The position numbers and the translations under genes are program-made. From a virus (taxonomy: Duplodnaviria; Caudoviricetes): DNA of 64,000 bases. The stretch is from IMG/VR virus record IMGVR_UViG_3300028833_000074, positions 32,001 to 96,000 of that record. The stretch is one strand, 5' to 3'. How positions within the stretch are numbered: position 1 is the stretch's first letter; every line of letters starts with the position of its first letter. Below the pieces are notes generated by a model, which had not been told where the DNA came from, searched no databases, and saw only the letters and a list, made by a program, of their open reading frames with translations. Of this stretch, positions 11,974-22,137 are shown piece by piece.

Positions 11974-13888
11974 CGAAAATACATTGACATTAATACAAAA
12001 TGCAATAATTAAATCTAATTTTAACATACCGGATACAGATACATTTTATCGTAATGATTATCCACAAATTCAATATTTACCTTTTGGTTCTGTTGATACA
12101 AACGATGCATTACGTTTATATGCAAAAAATATTGAATTTACTGATGATATAAATGACCCAACTTTTATAAAAACTTTAGCACGAGAAGGAACTACTGTAT
12201 ATACAAATCAAGATGGATATATAGAGTATCCAGAGTTTTTTCAATATATTACATCTGCGGAATTAACTATTCAATCACAATACGAAACTATTACTTATTC
12301 ATATACCATTTTAGTACCTTATAAAATTGTTGAATGGGGATATGATAGAAAAAGTCATATCACATATCGTATTACTGTACGTGATAAAGAACATTTTGAT
12401 TATAATAATATAGCACATTATTTTAATTTTAATCACGACGATACATTGCAATATACATACACTTCACCAATTGAATATGATGATAGTTATCAGTTTACAA
12501 TAACTGCTGACTTGCTTGATGAACCAAATTTTGAAGGAAGTAATACATTATATTGTAATATTAATAATTATACAACAGAATATCATTTTAATCTTTATAA
12601 TAGAATATTCAATATTAGTGCAACTCAATTACAATTAGGTGACAGTAACCTTATTGTCAAAACCAATGAGAATATGCATAATGTTACCATTGAGATACCA
12701 GAAACTGGCAATACATTTACCATCGATAATTTCGACTATAATACACCAAAAAATTTTGATATAGAAATACATAATGCCGGTTCATATCACATCAACTTCA
12801 ATGGTTATAGAGAAACAGAAGTAGAGGAATATATTGAAGAATCTTATATCATAAATGTACTTACTGAAGATTTACCTTTGGTTTTATGTGAATCATTAAT
12901 TGATGATATTCATATGGAGAATTATCAATATCAACAACCTATACTGCAGTTTACCGATAATATAACAGAGGATATGTGCCGTATGGTAGGTGGTAGTACT
13001 GGAACAATATCATACACATTAGAAAATGATACTTATACATGTACAACTCAAGGTTGGAGTGCAGTTGATAATATCGCTATTACGCATGCACAATTTATTG
13101 AAGATAATATATATATACCTTTTACTTTTAAAACAACCTTTATTTATCAAGGCGATGAGAATAGCGCTATTTATCTTAAAGATAATGAACATAATTTTAT
13201 TAAAATTACTATGTATCCAGAGGGTTGGGAAATAACAAAGTCATTTGAAAATTTTGGTTATAATGATGATGCACCAAGTGGTTTTAATGGAACATATGAA
13301 TGTAATGTACGTTGTTATGGGCGCAATATATCACATTCTACTTTAAGATTTTACCAAGAACCTTTTACAAATGCGCTACAACAAGGCGACCATGTCACAT
13401 TAAGTCTTGAATTAGAAGGACAAAATCTACAATGTTACTGTACTACACCAACAAAAGAATATTCCTATCAAATAAATATTGATTATATTGATGTATTTAG
13501 TGGGTTTGAGGCTGGTATAAATATTGGATATTTAGGTACCAAGGATAGACATGGTTATATTCATAAATTTTATGATGTTTTTTATACTAATCCACAAACT
13601 CTTAATCAAAATTACTATATTACGTTACAATCTTCTGAAAAAATAAAAATTACCAATAGAGTTCCAATAACATTATATATAGATAATCCACGAAATGTCT
13701 TTTATGAAGATGATTTTGTGCTTACACGTGGATTCTATTATTATTGTTTTATTAAAGAGATTAGTCAACTTACGCTATCATCTGGCTCGCACACAATTTA
13801 TGCATCTTTCGCCGGCGATGAACGTTTTAATCCTTTCTTGCTTTCAAAATCAATTACTATATATAATGATATTGAAGATGACACATAA
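11951..13888 (+). CDS. Beta-rich structural protein (start possibly at ATG 11966)
   Basis: 645 aa ORF in the structural operon; C-terminal Ig-like end FAGDERF. Confidence 0.5.
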   Translation: MGMNQMVNENTLTLIQNAIIKSNFNIPDTDTFYRNDYPQIQYLPFGSVDTNDALRLYAKNIEFTDDINDPTFIKTLAREGTTVYTNQDGYIEYPEFFQYITSAELTIQSQYETITYSYTILVPYKIVEWGYDRKSHITYRITVRDKEHFDYNNIAHYFNFNHDDTLQYTYTSPIEYDDSYQFTITADLLDEPNFEGSNTLYCNINNYTTEYHFNLYNRIFNISATQLQLGDSNLIVKTNENMHNVTIEIPETGNTFTIDNFDYNTPKNFDIEIHNAGSYHINFNGYRETEVEEYIEESYIINVLTEDLPLVLCESLIDDIHMENYQYQQPILQFTDNITEDMCRMVGGSTGTISYTLENDTYTCTTQGWSAVDNIAITHAQFIEDNIYIPFTFKTTFIYQGDENSAIYLKDNEHNFIKITMYPEGWEITKSFENFGYNDDAPSGFNGTYECNVRCYGRNISHSTLRFYQEPFTNALQQGDHVTLSLELEGQNLQCYCTTPTKEYSYQINIDYIDVFSGFEAGINIGYLGTKDRHGYIHKFYDVFYTNPQTLNQNYYITLQSSEKIKITNRVPITLYIDNPRNVFYEDDFVLTRGFYYYCFIKEISQLTLSSGSHTIYASFAGDERFNPFLLSKSITIYNDIEDDT

Positions 13889-13917
13889 CCTACACCAATA
13901 TCATAGGAGCGATAATA

Positions 13918-14778
13918 ATGACCGATGACAATATTCCTAAAGCAACCCCAACCCGAAAAATATTTACAAACTTTAGAACATATATGCATACATGGTTTCC
14001 TTTCAAGGAAGAAGTAGAAGAGACTATTTCAAACCTAACAGAATCCACAAGCAATACAATAACAAACTATGCGGAATCTATAGATGAAACATTATCAAAA
14101 AAAGCCAACAAGACAGAATTACCAACAGCATTAAGCCAATTAGAAAACGATAAATCTTTCATCACTAAAAATGATGTTCAAGATAATCTGAATTCTACCA
14201 ATACACAATTACCATTAAGCGCAAAACAAGGTAAAGTATTAAAGGCATATATTGATGACAAAATGAATAATTTACTTAATAAAACATATCCTATCGGTAG
14301 TATTTATATGTCAGTCAATAATACCAATCCTTCACAATTATTTGGTGGTAGTTGGGTACAATTACAAAATCGTTTTTTATTAGGCGCCGGTACAGAATAT
14401 AGCAATGGTACTTCCGGTGGAAGTAAAGACGCAGTTGTTGTATCACATACACATACGCAAAACCCACATACCCACACATCTGCATCACATAATCATGGTA
14501 CAATAAGTTCAGAACATAATAAATTTTTAACTTATAATGGTACTAATATTGTTGTTAATAGTACTACTAGAAAATGGCCAGCAGCGGATACCGATGCAAC
14601 TGTACATTATGTATATACACAAGATGAAAATACGAATATCACAGAACATCTTACAACTGGCTCTACTTCAATTACTATACAAAATAATACAGCAAGCAAT
14701 CAATATGCTGGTGAAGATGGTACCGGTAAAAATATGCCACCATATCTTGTTGTATATATGTGGAAACGAGTAGCATAA
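13918..14778 (+). CDS. Baseplate/short tail fibre protein with a gp10-C-like domain
   Basis: YPIGSIYMSVNNTNPSQLFGGSW..RFLLGAG, HTH repeats and the terminal NMPPYLVVYMWKRVA signature; LSAKQGKVL repeat. Confidence 0.8.
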   Translation: MTDDNIPKATPTRKIFTNFRTYMHTWFPFKEEVEETISNLTESTSNTITNYAESIDETLSKKANKTELPTALSQLENDKSFITKNDVQDNLNSTNTQLPLSAKQGKVLKAYIDDKMNNLLNKTYPIGSIYMSVNNTNPSQLFGGSWVQLQNRFLLGAGTEYSNGTSGGSKDAVVVSHTHTQNPHTHTSASHNHGTISSEHNKFLTYNGTNIVVNSTTRKWPAADTDATVHYVYTQDENTNITEHLTTGSTSITIQNNTASNQYAGEDGTGKNMPPYLVVYMWKRVA

Positions 14779-14789
14779 GGTGATAACAA

Positions 14790-16388
14790 ATGGCAACAAT
14801 CAATGATGTATACACACACTTAAAAACCCTAACAAAAAAATGGTTTTATGAAAAAACCGAAGTTGATACAAAATTAAGCAACAAAGTCGATAAAGAAACT
14901 GGCAAAGGTTTATCAACTGAAGATTATACTTCAACTGAAAAAACTAAATTAACCAATATTGAAAATGAAGCGAATAAAACTACTGTTGATGCAGCATTAT
15001 CTGATTCTTCCAGTAATCCGGTAAGAAATTCTGCAGTAACGACAGCAATTAATGGTAAGGCACCAACATCCCATGCATCCTCATCAAATACTTATGGATT
15101 AGGTACAACAACTAATTATGGTCACGTTAAAACCATTAATGGATTGACACAAGATTCTCATACAAATGGTACAGCATTAAGTGCATATCAAGGTAAAGTA
15201 CTTAATGATGCCATCGGTGGTAAAGTTGATAAAGTTGTCGGAAAAGGTCTATCAACAAACGATTTTACTGACACATATAAAAATAAAATCGACCAATTGG
15301 GTGAAGATTTAGATAGTATTAATTTAGACTGGGATAGTATTACTCAAAAACCAAGCAGTTACCCACCTACCGCTCACCAACATAATGCTTCTGATGTGCT
15401 TGAGAGTGACAATACCGATTATCAATTTTTAACTGTATCCGCTGGCACCACACAGCATCATCTTAATTTGGATATTGATAACGCACTTGATACATTAGAC
15501 ACAAACATTAGTAATATTAGCACAGATTGGGATGATATAGGAAATAAGCCTACCAATTTTACACCAGCAAGTCATACACATGGAAATATTAGTAATGATG
15601 GGAAAATAAGTGAAGTAAACATAAGTATAAGTTCAAATGATTACCCGGTTATCTGCAAAAATGATACAGGAGCAATAATAAAGGGTAGTGCATTATTTTC
15701 TACTAAAATAGTAAATTCAGATGCATTATCAAATATTAATTTGCCGAATAAGTCTATACAATCAGATATTAATGCTGCAATTGACACCAGTATTGGTTAT
15801 ATCAACACTTCACTCAATGACAAAGCAGATTCTTTACATACACATCCTCAATATTTAGAACGCCAGCAAATAAAGACTATAAATAACAATTCGCTCATTG
15901 GAGCTGGAAATATTGATTTAAATATACCTACATCTACAAGTGAATTAACAAATGATGGAGATAGTCAAGGTAATATATATTTAACCACCAGTGATGTTAT
16001 AGATGATTTGACATCTAATACTTCTAATGCCCCTTTAAGTGCAAAACAAGGAAAAGTGTTAAAAAGTTCAGTTGATAGTAAAGCAAATCAATCAGACCTT
16101 ACCGCCTTAACTTCTCGTGTTTCCAGTTTAGAAACTTCTGAATTCCAAATTGTATTCAAATCATCCAAAAATGCATTGCCAGCAACTGGTAGGGCGAATA
16201 CACTTTATTATGTGTCAAATAGTGGCTCTGGAGAGAATACATATGATGAATACACTTGGGTAGCAGCAGATAGCAAATATGAGTTAGTAGGTTCCAAAGA
16301 AATTGATTTAAGTGGTTATGTGCAAAAAACAAATTTAATAACCGAAATAGACACAATCATACAATCCCTTAATGCAATACAAGAATAG
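14790..16388 (+). CDS. Tail fibre protein
   Basis: KVDK..GKGLST.D, YGHVK, LSA(K/Y)QGKVL and HxH fibre repeats; C-terminal TLYYV..YDEYTW..YELVG..IDLSGY. Confidence 0.8.
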   Translation: MATINDVYTHLKTLTKKWFYEKTEVDTKLSNKVDKETGKGLSTEDYTSTEKTKLTNIENEANKTTVDAALSDSSSNPVRNSAVTTAINGKAPTSHASSSNTYGLGTTTNYGHVKTINGLTQDSHTNGTALSAYQGKVLNDAIGGKVDKVVGKGLSTNDFTDTYKNKIDQLGEDLDSINLDWDSITQKPSSYPPTAHQHNASDVLESDNTDYQFLTVSAGTTQHHLNLDIDNALDTLDTNISNISTDWDDIGNKPTNFTPASHTHGNISNDGKISEVNISISSNDYPVICKNDTGAIIKGSALFSTKIVNSDALSNINLPNKSIQSDINAAIDTSIGYINTSLNDKADSLHTHPQYLERQQIKTINNNSLIGAGNIDLNIPTSTSELTNDGDSQGNIYLTTSDVIDDLTSNTSNAPLSAKQGKVLKSSVDSKANQSDLTALTSRVSSLETSEFQIVFKSSKNALPATGRANTLYYVSNSGSGENTYDEYTWVAADSKYELVGSKEIDLSGYVQKTNLITEIDTIIQSLNAIQE

Positions 16389-16396
16389 GTGATACG

Positions 16397-17455
16397 ATGG
16401 CAAACATTCAAGATGTATATGGTCATCTGAAAACACTTACAAAAAAATGGTTTTATGACAAAACAGAAGTAGACAATAAATTAAACAATAAAGAAAGCAC
16501 TTCCAATAAAACAAGTTCTTGGAATTCAACCACAAACAATACAAGATATCCTACAGAAAAACTGGTGAAAGATAGTCTTGATGAAAAAGCAAACAGTACA
16601 CATACACATACAAAATCCCAAATCACAGATTTCCCAAATATTCCTAATGCTTCTTCTACCACTCCATCTGCCGACACAACATCTGGGTCTGTAGGAAATG
16701 GCACCACTTGGGCAAGGAGCAATCATACCCATCCAAAGAGTTTATTATATGCAGAAGCAGACCACACACACGATGATATTCAAAGTTTTGATGTTGTTTA
16801 TTTACCATTTTGTATAGAAGATGTGATAGCAAGTGGATATGCGACAAATTATGATGATGATGATATGGGGGGTGTATTACTCGATTATATACGTGGTGAG
16901 ATGAACATACTACCTACATTGAATAATCATACTATTTATTTAATTGTAAACAATTATAATCATATGGAAAATGGTTTTAGTAATATGAGTAAAAATGTTT
17001 TTAGAAAATTCATTTATATTGCAGAGAAATATGCATCAGATAACGCTAATATCACTTATGGTATGCAACAAACTGGAACAGAAGAGTATATGGAAGAAAT
17101 TAGTATCAGTTATGATGAAATCTCTGATATGTTAAGTAATAAGGCGGACAGTACACATACACATACAAAATCCCAAATCACAGATTTCCCAAATATTCCT
17201 AATGCTTCTTCTACCACTCCATCTGCCGACACAACATCTGGGTCTGTAGGAAATGGCACTACTTGGGCAAGGAGTAATCATACTCACCCAAAAAGTTCCT
17301 TGTATGCAGAGGCAAATCATACTCATAGTGAATATGTTAATCCTACAATCGTGGATAATTTAACTACAAATGATGCTACAAAAGTTTTATCTGCAAAACA
17401 AGGAAAAGTGTTAAATGGACTTATAGGTGATGCAATTGAGTATATTAACCAATAA
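16397..17455 (+). CDS. Tail fibre protein (N-terminus paralogous to the previous gene)
   Basis: MANIQDVYGHLKTLTKKWFYDKTEVD vs MATINDVYTHLKTLTKKWFYEKTEVD; HTHTKSQITDFP and WARSNHTHP repeats. Confidence 0.8.
   Translation: MANIQDVYGHLKTLTKKWFYDKTEVDNKLNNKESTSNKTSSWNSTTNNTRYPTEKLVKDSLDEKANSTHTHTKSQITDFPNIPNASSTTPSADTTSGSVGNGTTWARSNHTHPKSLLYAEADHTHDDIQSFDVVYLPFCIEDVIASGYATNYDDDDMGGVLLDYIRGEMNILPTLNNHTIYLIVNNYNHMENGFSNMSKNVFRKFIYIAEKYASDNANITYGMQQTGTEEYMEEISISYDEISDMLSNKADSTHTHTKSQITDFPNIPNASSTTPSADTTSGSVGNGTTWARSNHTHPKSSLYAEANHTHSEYVNPTIVDNLTTNDATKVLSAKQGKVLNGLIGDAIEYINQ
16593..17325 (+). repeat. Intragenic direct repeat of about 175 nt (copies start at 16593 and 17148)
   Basis: About 110 nt identical, then near-identical; copies are 555 nt apart (in frame). 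Confidence 0.95.
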
Positions 17456-17473
17456 TAATAGGAGAACAATATA

Positions 17474-18505
17474 ATGCCATCTTATAATTATAATTGGGAA
17501 ACATCTGATTTTAGTATGGGATTAGGTGAAACTGTAACTATTACATTAAGTTATATCAATAAAGGACAAAGTATCCCTATTTTTGAAGATGGTGTTCAAA
17601 TAGGTACAACAACAACAAACACTTACAATTATACTCCAACAAGTAATGGAACACATACTCTGCATTACTTTGATACTATTTATTGTGAACCTTTGACTGT
17701 TATTGTAACTGGTAACGATACTACAACCCTTAATGGTGCTTTAACAGAACTTGGGGAAACTTTGGCAGATAATCTTGAGAGTATGGGAGTAACTGCAAGT
17801 GCAGATGATGGATTGACAACATTAGCAGTAAAAATACTTAAAATAGGTAAAAATACACCAACACCATCTACTGTCATCTATGAAGATGATTGTAGTGTAG
17901 ACAATACAAACGATTATGGTAGCAGTATACCTTTAAGGAATGGGTCATCAACTATTGCTTATAATAGTAATGGATACTACACCATTACTAATAATAGTTC
18001 TAATTCAGAGAGTTTTATCCCCATAACTGAATTAACTGGACTTACTACTGATTTTACACTTGAATATGACTCCTATGTTCAACAAATAGGTGGTTCAAGT
18101 GGATTAGTAATTTATAATTCATCTACTGCTTGGGTTAAATTGACTGATGATGCAAGTAGTGATAAGAGATTGTGGCATGGTTATAATGATGGTAGTTTTC
18201 ACGAAACTGGTTTCTCTGGTACTGAAACATCATATCAGAAATGGGTTCATTACAAATATACTGTTCAAGATGGTGTTTTTACTATGAAAGTAACTTATAA
18301 TGATAATCAAATTGCTTTTTATGTTACACAAATACATTTTACAATAAATAGTAGTACAAAAATCGGTTTGGATAGCGAATGGGCTTCAAATACTGTTACA
18401 AGATATAAGAACATTATTGTTAAGACATTAGGTAGTGGTGATTGCAGTCAGTACACTACACAAATCAACAATGCAATTGCTTACATAAATGGAGATGGTA
18501 ACTAA
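17474..18505 (+). CDS. Putative receptor-binding/lectin-like fibre protein
   Basis: NDTTTL.G.L.E..L...GV module followed by a beta-sandwich-like region (FTLEYD..GLVI..WVHYKYTV). Confidence 0.55.
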   Translation: MPSYNYNWETSDFSMGLGETVTITLSYINKGQSIPIFEDGVQIGTTTTNTYNYTPTSNGTHTLHYFDTIYCEPLTVIVTGNDTTTLNGALTELGETLADNLESMGVTASADDGLTTLAVKILKIGKNTPTPSTVIYEDDCSVDNTNDYGSSIPLRNGSSTIAYNSNGYYTITNNSSNSESFIPITELTGLTTDFTLEYDSYVQQIGGSSGLVIYNSSTAWVKLTDDASSDKRLWHGYNDGSFHETGFSGTETSYQKWVHYKYTVQDGVFTMKVTYNDNQIAFYVTQIHFTINSSTKIGLDSEWASNTVTRYKNIIVKTLGSGDCSQYTTQINNAIAYINGDGN

Positions 18506-19308
18506 TGACTAATGACACAACAACTCTTCAAGGTAGCCTTGATGAAATGAAAGACCAGTTAATCTACGAATTAGGTGAAAAGGGAGTTACTACAAGTTAT
18601 GATTCTACTACTGGTTTGTTAGGTTTGATTAATAAGATTAGTGAGATTCAACAAGGGGGTGGTGGTCAAGAGATTGTTTCTTTTGATAATATCACAACAG
18701 AATTTAATTATACACAAAAAAGAGGGAATTATGGATTTAGTGTTAGTATTCCAAGTGGTGTTACAAGTTTAGGAAAAAATTGCTTTAATGGTTGTAGTGG
18801 TTTGACTAATGTTACTATCCCAAGTAGTGTTACAAGTATAGGAGATAGTTGTTTCCAAGGTTGTAGTAGTTTAACCAGTATTACTATTCCAAGTAGTGTT
18901 ACAAGTATAGGAGGTTTTTGTTTCTATAGTTGTAGTGGTTTGAATAGTATTACTATCCCAAATAGTGTTACAAGTATAGGGAATAGTTGTTTCTATAGTT
19001 GTAATGGTTTGAATAGTATTACTATCCCAAGTAGTATTACAAGTATAGGGAATAGTTGTTTCTATAGTTGTAAGGGTTTGAATAGTATTACTATCCCAAG
19101 TAGTGTTACAAGTATAGGAAGTAATTGTTTCAGAAATTGCACTAAACTTGTGGATTATCAATTATACTGGGAAACACCACCAGTAACTTGGTCTTCCAAC
19201 TTAATGCCAAATAACACAAACACATACTTCACTATACCTCAAGGAACAACTGCTAATTATGTAGCGAAAAGTTTCCCAAGTGGTAAACTTGTTGAAAGAA
19301 GTGGATAA
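18505..19308 (+). CDS. BspA/TpLRR-type leucine-rich repeat protein
   Basis: About six 23-aa repeats of I(T)IPSSVTSIGxxCFxxCxxL. Confidence 0.9.
   Translation: MTNDTTTLQGSLDEMKDQLIYELGEKGVTTSYDSTTGLLGLINKISEIQQGGGGQEIVSFDNITTEFNYTQKRGNYGFSVSIPSGVTSLGKNCFNGCSGLTNVTIPSSVTSIGDSCFQGCSSLTSITIPSSVTSIGGFCFYSCSGLNSITIPNSVTSIGNSCFYSCNGLNSITIPSSITSIGNSCFYSCKGLNSITIPSSVTSIGSNCFRNCTKLVDYQLYWETPPVTWSSNLMPNNTNTYFTIPQGTTANYVAKSFPSGKLVERSG
18745..19150 (+). repeat. 69-nt tandem repeats encoding the LRR units
   Basis: tactat(c/t)ccaa(g/a)tagt(g/a)ttacaagtatagg recurs every 69 nt. Confidence 0.9.
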
Positions 19309-19355
19309 TCCAACAATGCTGAAAAAAAATAAAAAACATTAGGAGAAAATAAAAA

Positions 19356-19664
19356 ATGAAAAAAGAAACAATATATAGTGGATTTGACATCTACTACAAT
19401 GATGAAATTTGCATTGCAGAAGTGGACACAAGCATATTGAATTTGGGCATTCAGAAAAACATCTGGTGTCCGACCGATGCCACCGATACTACTGTGCCAA
19501 AAGCATTAAGACCGAAGGTGCCAGTTACAGTACGTAATAATGGAACTGGACAGATATGGCTTCAATTGAAACCAAATGGATTTTTAGAAGCGTACTCAAC
19601 AAGAGATTGGGATGCGAATAAAGATATAAAAATTAAAGCAACATTAGTATGGAGAAAACAATAA
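19356..19664 (+). CDS. Small stand-alone fibre-tip-like beta domain protein
   Basis: AGGAG RBS; VPKALRPK resembles the LPxxxRP motif of fibre head domains. Confidence 0.45.
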   Translation: MKKETIYSGFDIYYNDEICIAEVDTSILNLGIQKNIWCPTDATDTTVPKALRPKVPVTVRNNGTGQIWLQLKPNGFLEAYSTRDWDANKDIKIKATLVWRKQ

Positions 19665-19689
19665 AATATTTTATTTTTGGAGTTACAAT

Positions 19690-19890
19690 ATGATTAAAGA
19701 AGTATTATTGGGATTGGGAATAATTGGAATCATTGTTTTATTTTGTTTGATTACTTTAATTCCTCTTATTTGTACAATTATTTTAGGCACGTATTTTGCA
19801 ACCACAATTGGATTAGAAGGCATAACTTGGTGGGCTTTTGTAATTATTTTTTATTTAATTATAGCGGGAATTTTAGGAGCGTTGACATAA
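19690..19890 (+). CDS. Small two-TM membrane protein (holin candidate)
   Basis: 66 aa, almost entirely hydrophobic, close to the endolysin. Confidence 0.45.
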   Translation: MIKEVLLGLGIIGIIVLFCLITLIPLICTIILGTYFATTIGLEGITWWAFVIIFYLIIAGILGALT

Positions 19891-19891
19891 T

Positions 19892-20764
19892 ATGAAAATA
19901 AAATTAATGTTATTGTTATTTATTTTATTTATGTGCATTGGTAGTGCATATGGTGGAAATAACACTACAGACATACCGAATCCCCAAATGTTAGAAGATA
20001 TCGGATTAAACACTACCATAGCATTAGAAAGTGGTGATAGTAACATAACATTCAGTAATAATATGACTGGTTACTGTATAGAATATCGTGAACATAGTGC
20101 AAATGCCAATGATACATTCTATATAGCAAATACATCAAAAACAATAAACAAGAATGATGGGTCTGATGTTAGCAATTATCTGAAAACATTTTTCATAAAA
20201 TTCTACAATCACACACTTCAAAATAACTTGACACATCGTGGGGAGCCAGTAAGTCAATCAATTTTTAATCAGCATATCATATGGCATTTCACAAATAATT
20301 TCACTTCACCAGTTACAGTCAACAGTTCTTGGTTAATAGATGGAATAATTAAAGAGTCGTTGAGAGAGAAGTTGAATGATAATGGTTATTATGATTATGA
20401 TAATGATACAAGGGCTTATTATAGTTTTGCTACTTTATTGGCAAGTTATGAAGAATACCAAAACTTTTTCGCTTATAATATTTATTTCACCGGTATTCCT
20501 TGTGACCATAATAACAACACCACCGATAATATTAATGAAACCATCAATGAAACAAACACAACCAACAGCAACACTACAGATAATCAAACAAACATTAACA
20601 ATACTACAGCACTTAACTTGAATATGCAAGAAAACAACAACACGTATACACTCAACAATGATAAATATATAGACTTGGTAAAACATAAAACTGGAAACAA
20701 TATCATAATATTGATAATAATCATAATATGTATACTCTGTATAAGTGCATTAACGAGAAAATGA
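19892..20764 (+). CDS. Secreted, membrane-anchored thioester-domain (TED)-like surface protein
   Basis: Signal peptide; GYCIE and NQHIIW motifs (cf. YC and TQxxIW); N/T-rich stalk; KTGN + TM helix + basic tail. Confidence 0.65.
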   Translation: MKIKLMLLLFILFMCIGSAYGGNNTTDIPNPQMLEDIGLNTTIALESGDSNITFSNNMTGYCIEYREHSANANDTFYIANTSKTINKNDGSDVSNYLKTFFIKFYNHTLQNNLTHRGEPVSQSIFNQHIIWHFTNNFTSPVTVNSSWLIDGIIKESLREKLNDNGYYDYDNDTRAYYSFATLLASYEEYQNFFAYNIYFTGIPCDHNNNTTDNINETINETNTTNSNTTDNQTNINNTTALNLNMQENNNTYTLNNDKYIDLVKHKTGNNIIILIIIIICILCISALTRK

Positions 20765-20775
20765 TAGATAAATAA

Positions 20776-21885
20776 GTGGATACTATGAAATCAACATTAA
20801 TTAAACAAGAAGCAAAAGAAATACAAGCATTCATTGAAAAAAACAAAGAATTGCCAAAAATCTGTACCATTAATGGTAATGAATACAGCATCTACAGCAC
20901 TTCTTACTTGATTGCAAAATTGCTTGACACCAAACAAAGTGACATCAAGCCGATAACTGTATCAGCACCATCAACAACAATCACGACAAAAATCAATGAA
21001 CAAGTCACATCCCCAGATTATAAGGATATGATTAAAAGATTTGTCCAATATGTTGAAGCCAACAAAAAGGTGCCGGCATACGTCACTACAGTCAAAAGCA
21101 AAACAAAAGTTGAATACAAATTATTTGTATATTGCATGTGTAAGATAATCAATTTTTACTATAAGAATTCTAATACCTTGCCATTGTATTGTGTATTTAA
21201 TGATGCGGATTTTAAAAAATCTGCAACCACTACAAAAACTACACAAAAAACAACAAAGACATCTACATCAGCAACAAAAAAAACAACAACAAAATCAAAA
21301 TGTAGCAACCCATACACATCATCACCACATTACACCTCAAATGGCTGTAATAAATTAGGACAATGCACCGGATGGTGGTGCGGTCCTCATTCCATTCACC
21401 AAGCAATACGCAAATTCGGTATCACAAAATATACCGAAAAACAAATTGCTGGATGGGCTGGTACCACAACTGCCGGAACTGGACATTCTGGCTTGAACAC
21501 AGCAATTGCAAAAATATCAAACATGAGCGGTAAAAAATTATCTGTACAATGGAAAAATTTCTCCGATATGGGTGCGAACAGCGCAGAACGTTTTGCTAAT
21601 ATCGCTAAATTAATTTGTAAAGACGATGTTGCAATTATCTGGCATATTGCATATATCAATGGGGGTAACAGTACAAGCGGCAAACACTTTGGACACTATG
21701 AATGCATTGACAAAATCAATACAGCAACCAAGTATGTAAGAGCGCTTAACTCATTAGGCGACAAAAAATCTGATGGCAGTTATGCTGGAAAACTACAAGA
21801 CAGACCATATGATGTTCAAGGATACTTTGCACGCAATACGCCAGGCGGACAGCCAGCATTATGTATCATTAAGGTGATAAAATGA
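20776..21885 (+). CDS. Pseudomurein endolysin (binding repeats + C39-like cysteine peptidase, PeiR-like); start probably ATG 20785
   Basis: N-terminal repeats (FIEKNKELPK, YVEANKKVPAYV), K/T linker, catalytic-type GQ..WCGPHS, GHY and LNSL motifs. Confidence 0.8.
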   Translation: MDTMKSTLIKQEAKEIQAFIEKNKELPKICTINGNEYSIYSTSYLIAKLLDTKQSDIKPITVSAPSTTITTKINEQVTSPDYKDMIKRFVQYVEANKKVPAYVTTVKSKTKVEYKLFVYCMCKIINFYYKNSNTLPLYCVFNDADFKKSATTTKTTQKTTKTSTSATKKTTTKSKCSNPYTSSPHYTSNGCNKLGQCTGWWCGPHSIHQAIRKFGITKYTEKQIAGWAGTTTAGTGHSGLNTAIAKISNMSGKKLSVQWKNFSDMGANSAERFANIAKLICKDDVAIIWHIAYINGGNSTSGKHFGHYECIDKINTATKYVRALNSLGDKKSDGSYAGKLQDRPYDVQGYFARNTPGGQPALCIIKVIK

Positions 21886-22055
21886 ATTATTTAGATATTT
21901 TACAAAAGATTAACAATATTTTATATAACATTTTTGGAGACAAAAAATTTGTTATCAATTTTCAAGTTTATATCAATCAAAAAAGATTTAAATTAAATAA
22001 AACTGATGCAACAGAGATTATTATTGAAGATGATGATGGAAAATTTGTGCAATAA
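21882..22055 (+). CDS. Small protein (57 aa) missing from the ORF track
   Basis: AGGTGA RBS and ATGA overlap with the endolysin stop; MNYLDILQKINNILYNIFG...GKFVQ. Confidence 0.65.
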   Translation: MNYLDILQKINNILYNIFGDKKFVINFQVYINQKRFKLNKTDATEIIIEDDDGKFVQ

Positions 22056-22072
22056 TTTCCATCTTTTTTTTT
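22035..22072 (+). terminator. Hairpin + oligo-T terminator
   Basis: GATGGAAA...TTTCCATC followed by a run of about 9 T. Confidence 0.65.
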
Positions 22073-22088
22073 CGACCATTTTCAACAT

Positions 22089-22096
22089 TTTATATA
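22089..22096 (+). promoter_or_regulatory. Archaeal TATA box
   Basis: TTTATATA about 40 nt upstream of ATG 22138. Confidence 0.55.
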
Positions 22097-22137
22097 TATT
22101 AGAATATAAATAATTTATCAAAAAAAGAGGTTTAAGG

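Noticed and set aside
16593-19150. Diversity-generating retroelement TR/VR pair
   Set aside because: Both repeat copies are within coding sequence, the differences are not adenine-specific, and there is no reverse transcriptase in the window
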